The notes: generated by a model not told the origin, from the sequence alone. DNA of 64,000 nt from Amphiscolops sp. MND2022 (GCA_964187785.1 OZ076409.1:29574001-29638000), one strand, 5' to 3'. Positions 25,451 through 37,951 are shown, counted from the stretch's first letter. Program-made: numbers and translations.

Positions 25451-26560
25451 TTGGGATAATATGGTAAAATATGATTTCGATGAGTGTGAAATGTGGAACC
25501 ATCTTTGGCCATCAGTTCATAGGTGACGTCAGAGAGGTGCTGTAAAGTTTTTTTGGACCCAAACGAAAGGGTTTGCGTTTATGTGAGAAATTGACAGGTT
25601 TGAAAGTAGTGTGTATAACAAAGGTGTTAAGAGGGAGTTGTTTCAAAAGTATAGCTTTCTGAGTTTACTTTATTTGTAATATGGCGATGAACAGTGGAGT
25701 AAATTTCTAGCATTGCATGTTCAGCGGAGAGGAGCCATGGAGAAATAGGTTTGGTTATGGGTGAGTGGAAGAATGGGTTGAGGTCTTGATCACTATATTG
25801 TGTATGAGGAGTAAGAGAATTGGAATATGTTGCGATACAGTATTTAGAAGAGTCACGTGTTAGGTTAAGAGAAAAAGTTGAGGGGATACGAGGATGAGTA
25901 TGAAAATCTATTTGATTTGGAGAAAGTTTAAGTTGAGATAGAGGCGTGGTATTATGAGCATAAGCATACATTTGATTCTGAAATGACCAATTATCTGGAG
26001 GATTTTGTAAGAAAAGACGGTAAGAAGATTTCGATTTTGAACTTCGACTAAGCCATTTGTCCCAGGGGAGTATGGAGTTCGCGGAGAATTATTAATTTCA
26101 AATAGAGAACAAAGGTGAGTCATATCTTGGTAGATATATTCAGTACTCCGATCGTTGACGAGATATTGCGGTAGGCCAAATGAGTAAAGTTTGAATAGCA
26201 TATTTAGAGGAAATTTGAGGCGCAGGGTAAGTGACAACAAAATGACTGAAAGCGTCAATCATGACAAAAATGTAAGAATTTTTTTCAGACGAAGGAGAAA
26301 TATGTCATTGAGTGTCCATTGAAATGAGTTGCGTTTTCATAAAAAAGTAGTCGAGAGGAGATGTTCTTAGGTTTAATAGAAAAGTGTTTGTTTGATATTC
26401 AATACAATCATGAATGAAAATAGAAAACCATGAAGGTAGGTGAGGAATAAATAAAATTGGTTAAATGTTTTTCACCAGAATGACCATGTGAATGAGTTTT
26501 GCGAAAAGCAGCATAAACGAGTTTGAATGGTAAACATAAACGAGTTTGGTTAATAGAAGT
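25328..26560 (-). pseudogene. Integrase of family B (disrupted)
   Basis: HGHSGEK (zinc-finger region), YLVNDRSTEY, RTPYSPGTNGLVEVQNR (catalytic E region) and TFHTHRNHILPYYPKEP. Confidence 0.8.
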
Positions 26561-27269
26561 TTGAGTTTTGATAAAAATTTCAACGGAAATACGAGAATTT
26601 GGAGTGTAATACTGAATGAAATGTGAAATTGGGTCAATATGTAAATGTTGAAACTGTCAATATAGGTATAAAAAAAGAGTTAGCTTTAATAACTGGGGTT
26701 ACAAAGGAGGACTTTGTTTTAGTTTTAACCATGTATATACAGTGGAGAGGACAGGATCATCCTGTTGAGCTTGAAGGAGAGTGGGTATGATTAGAAAGGT
26801 GCCAGGGGAAGAAAGAATTTTTCAAAAGCTTTACAGTGAGCAAAGAAGGAAGAATCAAAAAATGGTAGTGAATTTGTAGATGTAGATTTAATAGGGTTTT
26901 GGATTATAGCATAAGACTTATTTGAGCTAGGAGAGCGTGGATAACAAGGGATGATTGAGGTTGTTGTGATTTTTGGTGAGGAAATAATTTAGAAACGGGA
27001 TCACCATATTCAAATAAATCAGTTTCATTCAGAAGAGGATTTTCTTGGAGTAGTGTTTTAACTTCATTCTTTCTCTGGGTTTTTTGTATTTATTCAAAAA
27101 GGATGAAACAATTTTAAGGGAGAATGAGTCTAGAGGTGTATAAGTAACAGTGTTAACTTTGTCTAAAATACGGAGTGTAAATTGATCATCACCATAATCA
27201 ATTGAGATTGGATGAGAATCATTTTTTTGAGTTGGTAAGACATCTTCACGTTTAACAAGGTAGTGGAAT

Positions 27270-28760
27270 TGTTTCAATGAATTAAAGTGTTTGGTTGAAT
27301 GAAGTCAAAATGAGGAGGAAGGATTTTTGTTGTAATTGACATAATTTATTTGTAATTTGAGAAAAATCTTGACTGAGCACATCAGCAACAGTTAAATTTG
27401 TTCCAGCTGTCTGAACAATTTGGAGGTTAGAGAATTTGGTTAATATCATTTGTGTTTTAAACCTCTTGGTGTTAAATTTCATTTACGGGTAAAGAGGAAA
27501 AGAATAGGATTGTGATCAGTGAAAACAATGATTGGAAACTTAGAGCCAATGATAAAAAATTCATATTGCGAGAGAGCAAAAGTTATAGCACAAAGTTTTC
27601 TATCATATGTAGAGAATTTTTGTTCTTGGGTGGTTAAAATGCGAGTATTATAAGATATAACTTGCATTTTGTTATCGGTATTGGTTTGAAAAAATATTGC
27701 TTCTAAACCAATTCAGGAAGGGTCAACGGTAAAATAAAATGGATAAGTGGTTTTGGGAATTGCAAGTTCAGCATCTTTTGAAAGAGAAATTTTATGGTCA
27801 ATAAAGAATTTGTCTAATTCTGGAGTATATTTAAAGGGAAAAAATGTCATGAAGGGAGTATAAAATTGTTTAGGAGAGATGTGGAGTTTGTTCATAAATT
27901 TGGAGAAGAAGTTCATTGATCCAATGAATCGCATTAGTTCAGTTTTAGAAGTGGGAGTTTTCAGTTTGTGGATACATCAACTTTAATTGAAATCGGTTTG
28001 ATAGTATTGTTGCCAATTTCATGTCCAAAAAATTTGACAGTGGGAGAGTATAAAAGGATTTTTCAGCATCTATTTTAAGATTACTGGAGCTACAGATTTG
28101 GTGTAATTGTTCAATTAAATCTAACATATGAGTTTTGGTGTGAGCAAGGAGGAGAATATCATCGATATAAACAAGTGCGAAGCCTCTATCATGAGTTTTT
28201 GGGAAAATCAGTACAATTTTTTGGTGAAAAAATTTTGGAGTCCTTCAAGGCCATAAAATCCTCAAATGAAAGCATAGTGTTTATCTCCAGAGGAGAAACT
28301 GGTAAAGAGAGATGATTTCTTCATCTAAAGGAGCGTGTGCATAAGCATACATTAGGTCTATTGCGGCTTTGAATTTTTTATTTGCACGAGCAAGTTGAGG
28401 AGCTAGAGGATCGATAGGCCAAGATTCAAAAGGCTGCTCAGTGTTAGAATTTATATGTCGAGCATCAAGAACTACTTTTATTGTATCTCCCATCAAGAAC
28501 TACTTTTATTATATCTCCATTGGGGATAATAATGAAAAGATTTAAAAAGGTGGTACCATAAATAGATTTGTCAGAAGGGGGAGCCAATTTGTCTAGTGAT
28601 ATTATGGTGTTCGAGTTCATCGAGTAACTTTTTAGGTTTATCTCTATAATGGTTTGGGACTTTAGTGGGTCGCTGAGTTTGAAGTTTGGCATTTATTTGG
28701 TTTGAGGCCAATTCTAAAAGGGGCTGCTATTTTACCAACATCATTACGATGAGTAGTATA
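27270..28760 (-). pseudogene. RT and RNase H of family B (disrupted)
   Basis: IKVVLDARHINS, ESWPIDPLAPQLARANKKF, VYIDDILL near 28165, FYFTVDPS, YDRKLCAITFAL, IVFTDHNPI, LTVADVLS. Confidence 0.85.
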
Positions 28761-29229
28761 ACAGTGTTGTTATTTAACCAAAATAGTGCAAAGTTTTAAA
28801 AATTCGTCATCAGTGACCTCATATTATTTTGAATTTGAATTTTTTGAGAAATTGTTGAACATCTGGGGAGTTTGGTAAAGGTAGAAGAGGATAATTTAAA
28901 GTTGGGAGGGTTGTAAATTGTTAATTTCAACATTAGATCGTTTGAGAGAAGAACGACGAACAGGAGGTTGCAGTTCGGAAAGATCAGGGTAGTATGTATG
29001 AAATATGGTGTGTATCAAGGTGTTGACATCATTAACTTTATATTGTGGTAGTTTAATATTAGTTGCGGGGACTTCAATATAAACGATGTATTCTGGTGAT
29101 AGGATAGCTGAGTGATGAATTGTATTTTGAATTATAACAGAACAATTGTTGGGTTCAGTTTTAGGATTTTGATAAACTTGGAGGAATTTAAGGGTGGAAA
29201 ATAAGTGAGGATTTCAAAATGAGTGACTG

Positions 29230-30700
29230 GGAAACCACGGAGGTCATAGAAGGAAGTGTTTTGATTCGCAGAGCTGCAATAAAAGGTAAGAGTTCATCTT
29301 TAGAAAATTGACAAAGAACGTTAGGACAAGCGTCTTGGAATTTAGAATCCCAAATGAGTTGGTAGTTATGTCTAAAAAATTTTCAAGAGAAACAAGAAGT
29401 ATAGTCGAATTTGTTCTTTAGTTTGAGTGTTTAGGGTGAGATTTTGAAAGAATTGACTTTGGAATTGTTGAATTTGAAGAAAAACTGTAACAAGCCAACC
29501 ATGGGGATTATTTTCAAGAGTACGGAGGTGTTCAATATTGGGGAGATCAAATTAGGTTTCCCTTGTAAGCAGTGCTCGTATAGCAGAAGGAGTAAAAAGA
29601 TGTTGAGGTAGGAGATTATTCTTCAGCGAAAGGTTTTTGAGAAAAGTTGTGAAGTTATGACCGATGGGAATGTAGATATTGGAGGGGTAAATGTTTTTAC
29701 GATAGATATTAGTAGGGTGGAGAGGGGAGGTGAAAGGTAGAGAAAGGGAATTTCATCAGGAGTAGAAGTTATAGAATGGTTGTCAATGTAATAAAGGTAG
29801 GAGTCGTGATGTTCACGAAAAAGAGGGATAGTATAGATATTTTCAGTGTATGTTTCAAAACAAAAAGAGACAGTGGAGTTATGGATGAGAATTTTGAGAA
29901 ATTTTGTTAAAATGTGACCGTTTTTGCGAGACAGGCGAGAACGGAAGGGATCAACTTCAACTGGGAGAGGAATGAGAAGAAAAGGAGGCGTAGTAACCAT
30001 TTTGAATGGCGATGAGGGTGAAAAAATAATGAAATACAATTGAGAAGAGTATCAGGATAAATAGGTGGTTCTGGAGAATGCGGGGGATTGTTGAAAAGAT
30101 AGAGTTTATGGCAAAAATCGGGATAATAGGGGAGTAGTTTACGGTTGAAAAAAAAACGAAAAAAAAATAAAAGAAATGAGCAAGAGTTGAAAAAGCGAAT
30201 TTAGAGGGTTGGGGTTTAGAAAAATTAGAAACATAAAGGAGAAGATGATTAAAATTAGGAGCAGTTTACTAGAAGGAAAAAAGATAAAACGGAGCAAGTG
30301 TAAAATTGTGTGGAGTGTTGTCAAGAGAGAAGGTGAAAAATATAGGAGAAATGATTAAAGACGATAGGGAGGTATGAGTAATAGTTGTGGAGGGTGAAAA
30401 ATATTGAAAGAGACTAGAGTTAGAGAAACGAGAAGGAAATGGGGAATTGGTAGGGAGATGTGGGAGGTTGAAAAGTAAAAGAGGTTTTGGAAAAGGAGAG
30501 TGAATTAGAAAAAATAAGTTTGAGTGAAAAGTGTGGTGTTTATTTTATTATTAAGGAGCATGAGAAAAACAAGCATAGCAAAAATGAATGGGACAAAATG
30601 AATAATTGTAGGAAGGCTTTCGGTGGGGAACATTGATTAAAGAGCGAAAAACTATCGAGGAAGGAAATCAATCATGAATTTGTCGACGACGAGAAGAACA
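29230..30700 (-). pseudogene. ORF0 homologue in family B
   Basis: FETYTENIYTIPLFREHHDSYLYYI, LENNPHGW, SQFFQNLTLN, RHNYQLIW and DELLPFI match family A ORF0. Hydrophobic stretches at 30140-30520. Confidence 0.7.
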
Positions 30701-30814
30701 TTTTCAAGTAGGTGACAAAAATACAATATAATCATTAGAGCACAGACGAAGTCATTGAGTTTAAACATTTCAAATTGAGGTTACAAAGTTATTAAAAAAG
30801 AAGTTAAAAAAGGT

Positions 30815-31215
30815 GTACCGACAAAAATTCGAATCAAGAGGTTAGCACTAGAAAGTACCGACAAAAGTCGAACCAACTTGATTGTATGAAAAAGTTGATG
30901 TACCAGCACGTAGCTGAATCACTTCAATGGTGATTAGTATGGAAGAAATGGTTGTACCAGCTTCAAGGCTGAATCACTTTTTTGTGATAAGTACAGAAGA
31001 AAGGGTTGTACAAGCTTCAAGGCTGAATCAATTTTTGTAGTTGGTACAGAAGAATTGTTTTTACCGACTACGAGGTCGAACCACCTTGAATGGTTAGTAC
31101 TGAAAAATTGATTAACCGACTCTATGTCGAATCACTTTTGTTTGTGATTAGTACAGAAATAATGAAGAACTGTGTACCGATGTGAAAAATATCTAATCAC
31201 TTTTGTGATTAGTAC
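30815..31215. repeat. Array of about eight three-way-junction-like motifs in the family B 5' leader
   Basis: GTAC-C-[P2]-G-[P3]-A-GTAC units; P2 is GAC/GTC, AGC/GCT or GAT/ATC and P3 is AATCAC/GTGATT or AACCA/TGGTT. Confidence 0.85.
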
Positions 31216-31272
31216 AGAAAGAAGAAAAGTGTGTATCGAGTAGAAAAAAAAGAAGGAAAGAAAAAAGGTTGT

Positions 31273-31282
31273 GGTCGCACCA
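31273..31282 (-). promoter_or_regulatory. Primer-binding site of family B (TGGTGCGACC)
   Basis: Same position and similar sequence as the family A PBS; lies between the LTR and the leader array. Confidence 0.6.
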
Positions 31283-31284
31283 GT

Positions 31285-31635
31285 TAAAGTACTTTTTGTT
31301 GGGTTGGTTTGGAAGTTATCAGATTTTAGATATTTTAGATTTTAGAATATTTCAAAGGGACAGTACTTTGAGGAGACGCTTACAGAGCTGCAGTGTTAGG
31401 TCTTAAGGGAAGACAACGAGTTAATTTCGTTGTGTCAGGATAAAAACCAGATTGATGCTTTGCAGTATTGAGTATAGTATTGAATACAAATTAGGCATAG
31501 CTTGATTACATTAGTATTCAGAGTGCATAAATCTAATCTAGAAATCAACCAAAGAGGAGGAGGGTGAATGATCGAATATAGATTATAGATGAATGATCGA
31601 AAATAATTTACAAGTATATCATCACAAGTAAATCA
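31285..31635 (-). repeat. Family B 5' LTR (outer end probably truncated)
   Basis: 31383-31635 repeats 10260-10526. 31285-31360 matches an orphan copy at 48752-48813. The PBS follows. Confidence 0.65.
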
Positions 31636-31636
31636 A

Positions 31637-33330
31637 AACGCAGTCGCCTATCTTGAGTATAACGTCAAACGTTCGGATATAGCGTACTGGGACAATTGTG
31701 AGCGCCTTTTCGAACATCCGCCTCCTCCTTAATGAAACGCAATAAGGTTCGGGATATTGATGATCGCTTTTGTTTCACTAGCGTTTACACTGAGTGTTCA
31801 TATCAAGACAGGAGCGTCCCAAGTCGGCGCAACACTTAAGGCTCAAAGGTGTTTTTAAAAAATGCTCGAGTTGTTTCTAGCAAAACCCACGAAAATGTCT
31901 TTCATGCTCAGAAAACGCTTCAAAAATTCGTATTGTGCGTGCTGGGTTACATGGTATCACATATTTTCGAAGCTCGGCCTCATCCTTAGAAAAACGCAAC
32001 TTGATCACGGATATAACGTCGAAAATTCAAATTTAGCGTGCTGAACTGGGGGCACTTTTTTCGAACCTGAATCTCCTCCCTAGTAAAACGCAATTTACTC
32101 CGGGTACAACGTCGTCAAAAGTTCGGATATAGCGTGCTCAGACAAATGGGAGCGCTTTTTCGAACCTCCGCCCCCTAGTCAGTGAAACGCAATAAAGTTC
32201 GGGTATAATGGCACCATTTCGAATATTGTGCAATGTTTGCAAATTTCTACCTCTTCTTTGGTGAAACGCAACGTACTTCGGATATAACGTCAAAAGTTCG
32301 GATATAGCGTGCTAGAGCAAGTGGGAACCATTGTTTTTAGACGTCCGCGTCTTCTTTACTAAATTTAAAACACGATATAGATTGAATTCAAGACGCCCGC
32401 TAAGCACCGGGATATTTTCCGCGACACTCTTATTGCAAAAAAAGTATAGCGAAGGAGAGGATCAAACCCACGACCTTCTGACTGGGAAACCAAAAAGTGA
32501 AGTGCACTTCACACGATAGAGTGGAGATAAAGTGGAGTTTTGGCAGAATTTGTAAAAAAAACGCGTCACAGATCATGATTTTCCTCCCCCATTTATGTGG
32601 GCGGAAAATAATGACGTCAGAAGTCTGAATACAATGTCAAAGGTTCAGATATAGCTTGCTGGGACAATTGCGCGCTCATGTTTCGAACTTCCGCCTCCTT
32701 ACTGAAACGCAAAATGGTTCGTATATAACGTCAGCAAGCCGGCCCAAGTTACTCAACCGGAAACTTCTCAAAAAACAAAAAATTTAGAAAAAATAATTTT
32801 ATTTTTCAAAAAATGTATCCGGTAATTCGCACAGTGCCGAAAACCCCAAGGAGGGGACCCCTTGGGGTTTTTCATGATAATTTCTGTTGCGAACTATCAA
32901 AAAAAGTGAACGGGGGACCCTATGAAGACTTTAAAAAGTTTTCAAAAATCTAACACTTTTGATCCGAACTTTAAAAACGTTATATCAGAACTTTCAAAAC
33001 GTTACATCCGAACATGGAAAAATATGTCCGAATTTTGAAAACGTTAAATCCGATCAAAATCTAAATACGTCCAAGTTTCTTCAAAGAGCTCAGCTTATAA
33101 AATCTGTCTTTTTGTCGGTCTTAAGAAAGCCAAGGCTATAGTCTGCGTTTTCTACGAAAAGTGCCGACTAAAAACCCGAATACAGCGCATTACTTTCAGA
33201 CCTCCACCTCCTCTTTAGTGACACGCAACTTATTTCGGGTAGAACGTCAAAAATTGAGATATAGCGTGCTGGGCCATGCCGCAGGAGTTCCAGGCGTAGG
33301 TCGTACAAATAAAGGACATTTCATTCTGAT
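31637..33330. repeat. Degenerate approximately 90-100-bp repeat cluster (aaacgcaa...tataacgtc...gttcggatatagcgtgct...cgaac.tccgcctcct)
   Basis: Units near 31637, 31737, 31990, 32085, 32185, 32265, 32630, 32705 and 33220; inverted relative at about 48850-48890. Confidence 0.75.
32955..33075. repeat. Approximately 23-bp minisatellite (tccgaactttaaaaacgttata-like)
   Basis: About five degenerate tandem units. Confidence 0.6.
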
Positions 33331-35635
33331 AGAAAACCAATTCCAAAAAAAAGTGAAAGAGGGGGCACTTTGGTCATTGTTAACGTGCAATTTGTTGCAA
33401 AAAAATCAAAATATTTGGAGGAGAAAAGTATCATGAAGCTGAAAAATTGAAAATGGGAACCCTTGGAACTAACTACATACGTTTGCGAGGTATACGTTTA
33501 ACTGAACAAATGGAACAAAAATTTCATCACCTGTCGTAAAGTCGGCGTCCCGCTCAAGGTTAAAAATCAAAGTTTTTTTAAATACACAAAAGGACACTTT
33601 TGAGAAAACTTTATCACATTCAACAGTGCCGAAAAATGCCTGAAAGGATACGAAGATCCGAAAACCGTTTTCCCTAACCTAAAACTTGAAAAAATTGATT
33701 TTTGGTCGAACGTCTCATAGTGCCAAAAAAGTTTTAATTTCGCCAAACATTTTTTTCAGCCCGAACACAATAAAGTTTCAAGTGAAAAAGGTACCCTTTG
33801 ACCGAATGAAAATTGTATCGAAAAATGTAATGTCAATTGTGAAGGAAATCACTAGAGAACACTCTGCGAAAAGCATTCATTTGGTTGAAGTGGATGAACG
33901 TACTCCCGGTAAATATTGAGTCTTTCAGTTGGGTTCATTTGCGTAAATATACAAAAAATCTCACCGATTTGTACATTGTTGATAACAAACACCTCTACTC
34001 AATTTTTTTCTAGGCTTTAAAGTAAAACGTAAAAACTATACTCAATTCGTCATAATTGGTTCTCGGGGCAAGGACTCAAAGAGCATGTATGCTCATTCCT
34101 TGTCATTTTTGGATGTTTTAGATTGATACTTAGTTGTATGTATCATTATTTTGTGTCTTTCTACGACTTCATCCAAATAAATTAACTTACTATGTCAAAA
34201 AACTGTAGGTTTCTCCACAATCAATGAGAAAACTCATCAGGTCCTCAGGTTCAAAAAAACTTTTCGAAAGTCTCACGGTGCCGAAAATAATCGAAAGGGT
34301 GACCCTTTAGTCTCATGCAGTTTGATATTGTACGTTTTAAAAAAAGAAAAAACGAGAGGCCTTTTGCACCTGTTTGGATGTGTTTTTGAGGCATTCGTTT
34401 ACTTACTGAACTAAAAAGTGTCCAATTCTGTGAGAGTCCTAAGAAATAGAATTAAAAGTTCTTTTACTGCAATGGTCGTGCACTTTTCTCTTATAAAAAG
34501 CGTCGACTAAAAAACAAGTGACAGTGATAGTCGGGCTCTATTATACAAAAACGCCGACAAACAACTGCTTGAAATTGTTACGTTTTTATTTATAACGGTT
34601 TCTCGTGATTACAGACAAAATTTTGATTCCTATTTTCCGTTTCCCTGCCGTTTTGGATGCTGGTTAACGAAAACTTTTGAAAAAGTTCGGTTTTGGTGTG
34701 AGCGGAGAGTGAAAACGATAAAAAATTGACATTGAAAACTTCGGCCACTGTTTGTGGAAACGTTTCGAATTTGTTCCTATTCTTGTTATTCTACTGAAGA
34801 GCCGAATATGATGTTTTCACTGTAAAAAATCTGTTTTGTGACGTGTTTGGACTTTTACACGCTCGAAAGAATTTTTCTGAGCAAATTTTCTAATTTCACC
34901 GTTTCTTCGTGAAGCTTGAAAATCAACACTTCGTTTCAATCCTCAGATTGCGCTGACAACGTCTAGTAATGTAGGTCTTAATTCATGGTGATGTGGTTTC
35001 AGAAGTAATTAGTTGAGCAAGAAAAATTACTGAGTTTCAGAGATATAAACGAACAACTGAGGGAATATCAGCAAAATATAGTATTTTACCATGCTCAAAT
35101 TATATTTTCATTCATAAACATGCAAAAACACACGTTACAGTGTCAAATCAAATTTTGTGGTAACGATCATCATAATATTAAATAAATTGCTACTGTGACA
35201 CAATAAAACAGAAGTATTTTCAATGAATGGAGATATACTGCAGTTGAAAGATTCTGACCATTCGGCAAAAACATCAAAATAGGCAAAAACAGGGAAATTT
35301 TAGAGACTTTAACAAAATGGCGGAAACGAATATACGATTGAGACAACGTCATATTCAAGCTATTTAAATATGAATCAAGTGCACTGTTGTGTTTTTTGTC
35401 GGCGCTTTTCTAGTGAAAAGTGCCCGACACTTACAGTGGCTAGTTTTTTAGTCGGCGCCTTTTCCCTTAAGGAAAAAAGCCCGACTATTACAGTGAGTAG
35501 TTTTTTTTTGTTTTTTTTCAGTTGACAATATCACTCTGAGTGGTCCACTTTTCTTACAATTTGTTCATCTTTCATAGTTGTTCATCTTCCATCTTCGACC
35601 CAGCCGGAGAGCGTGGGTTCGATTCTCCCACTAAG

Positions 35636-36417
35636 CCATAAATTTTTTAATGCTTCCAAAAGTACAGGTGAGACCAAAGGGTCCCCCTTTTGGGTTTTTT
35701 TCGGCACTATGCGACTTTTTTCGAAAATTTTGGAAATTTATCAAAGGGTACCCCCTTGCATTTTTTTGAAGTTTTCGGTTTGTAGAAAACGTTGAATGAG
35801 CCTGAATGGCCTCTTTTTGAGTTTTTCGGCATTGTGCGACTTAAAAAATACTTTTCGAAAAAAAAGTTCAAAAATAATTTTTTTTGAAAATTTTTTTTTC
35901 CAAATTTTTCCAATAGTTGTTCCTTGAATATTTTTGAGCCTAAGATATGGCGCCGACTTGGGACGTTCCCGTCTTGTTTTCTTTTTTTTCGTCAGACTAC
36001 GATCTCACTCTGATTGGGCCACTTTTCTTACTATCGAAACTACGAAAACTACTAGCATAAGGCCAAGTCCGGTCAGCGGAAATTAGAGCAAAAGGGTCTC
36101 CCCTTTCATATTTTACTATTTTACCGTAGCCTACAAAACCGGACGAGACTAAAGGGTCCCACCTTTCATTTTTTTCGGCATTGTGCGACTTTTTTTCAAA
36201 AATTTTTTAATGTATCAAAAGAGTCCACCTTTCGAGTTTTTTGATATTTTGCAACAGAATATATGTTGATAAAGCCCAAAGGGTCCCCCCTTTTACGTTT
36301 TTCGGCACTATGCGACATTTTCTGAAAGAAAAAATAATCAAAATTTTTTTTTCAAAAAAGTTTTTGCGCTTTTTGAGACTTAGATATAGCGCCGACTTTA
36401 GACTTTCCCGTCTTGTT
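35636..36417 (-). mobile_element. Two copies of a short non-autonomous element with conserved terminus AACAAGACGGGAACGTCCCAAGTCGGCGC (Helentron/HINE-like or MITE)
   Basis: Terminus at 35950-35978 and 36389-36417 (minus), 31804-31830 (plus) and about 49054-49083 (minus). Internal aaagggtcccccc and ttcggcactatgcgac motifs recur. Confidence 0.5.
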
Positions 36418-37332
36418 TAGGCTTATAGAAGCTATTGACAAGTATTGAAGCAGATTGATGAAACCAGTTATCATGGGTTAGAGGGAACGTTGATCAGCGC
36501 ATGGGCTTGTTGCTGTTAAAACACACCAAATCCAGTAGAACGGTGCATTTCATATTTTTGTCCGTTGCCTTTGCACTCTATTCTGGTCGTTTCTATCTAC
36601 TTACTGCTTTGCATTATGGTCACTAAATTCTAAGCATTTTTCAAATAAGTCATGTCTTTGAAAGGAAAGTGGCTGTGGACGCTGACTATATAGAACAAGA
36701 GGAGTGAGAGGAGCATTGGTTCGGTGACTGCGTCACGTGGGAAGAAGAAGGTGTGGAGAGATTTGATCGGCTGCGGATCCCTTTCTAGAAAGTTGGGTTG
36801 GTCTGAAGATAAAAAATTCTTTGGTAGAAAGAAGGGTCCGCATGCGCATCCACACCGTAAGCGGTTGACTGCCAGTAGAAATTTGCAGACAAGGGAGATC
36901 AATAAGCAGTATTAGGAGCTTGAAAAAAATCTGTCAAGAAGCGTGGCGAAGGGATGCAGCATCCCAATATCGAAGGTTGTTGCTTGAAGTCCGCCCAAAC
37001 CTTAAATCAAAATGGAGAGTCGTTGAGTCCGATGAGTCGTTATCGGAGCTCAGGAAGATCGAGCTGCAAAAACTGATTGAAGAGGAGCTGCAAGCAGAAA
37101 CGGCTCAGGGTGTAGTAATTCGTACTAGTACCTTCTTTTGTTTGTGGTTACCCTCCTCTGACAAAGTTTTCAGTTTATTGGTAAGTTCATTCACATTGAA
37201 GTGCTTACTAGTTTACTTTTTTAAAATGCAATGTCCCTTATACGTGCACAGTATCAATGAGACATTCTTTCGTCTGCATTTCGAGCCGAGAAAGTCCATC
37301 CTACCCTAACAAAGTTCTGAATATTTGAGACA

Positions 37333-37951
37333 TGTGTGGATCGTCCTTATCTTGAACCCAAACGGAAGTTCATTTTGTTCATCATCATTTTCGCATTTTC
37401 TTCCGGGATGGAATTAAAATGGAGATTTCGTTGGGTATATCTTCAAACTTTATTCAGAACAGTCCTACTTCCTCGAGTTTTGAAAGGAATGCTGCTAAAT
37501 AAGCAACCCAAAGCATGCAAATCGTGAAATGTAAGTTTTGTAAGCTTTTGCTAGTCATACAAAAGTGAATAAATAAGTATTAAAAATTCATTTTGTCAGG
37601 AGTCCATTACATTTAGAACAGAGATTTTATTTATTAACGGAAACAACTAACAAAAGCGCCGAAGCTTTTCAAGGGGAGACCTTCGATCGCAACTGCAGAA
37701 AGTTTGAAAGCCGGAGGTCTGATGAGGATCAGAAAGAAGAGTCATCGTTTCCAAATATATGCGAGTCAGCATTTTTGTCGAATTGCGTTTTTCTTCATCA
37801 CTCTTAGGGCCCATCTCATGGATGTCACAACACACTTCCCCTTTTTAGTAATGCATTAGTTTAAAAAATCCAGCATAACATTTCTCGCAGCATACTTCAA
37901 GATGTCTAATCTTAAGTCTTGTATCTTTCTGTTACAACCCTATACCAAGCA
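37333..37951 (+). repeat. 5' 620 bp of an older LTR-A copy
   Basis: Starts at the same TGTGTGGATCG terminus as 39023; more diverged than the other copies. Confidence 0.75.

Larger units (their letters stand above)
10260..31635 (-). mobile_element. Giant env-bearing Ty3/Gypsy element family B (about 21 kb with internal tandem amplification; gag and protease deleted)
   Basis: Direct repeats at 10260-10526 and 31383-31635 enclose PBS, leader array, ORF0, RT (VYIDDILL), RNase H, integrase, env and extra ORFs, all on the minus strand. Confidence 0.8.

Noticed and set aside
29623-30039. Family B protease
   Set aside because: No D(S/T)G motif; the peptide matches family A ORF0 instead.
30815-31215. 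Hammerhead ribozyme array
   Set aside because: Three-way junction with a GAA linker, but no CUGANGA core on either strand and no correct A-U/UH cleavage geometry.
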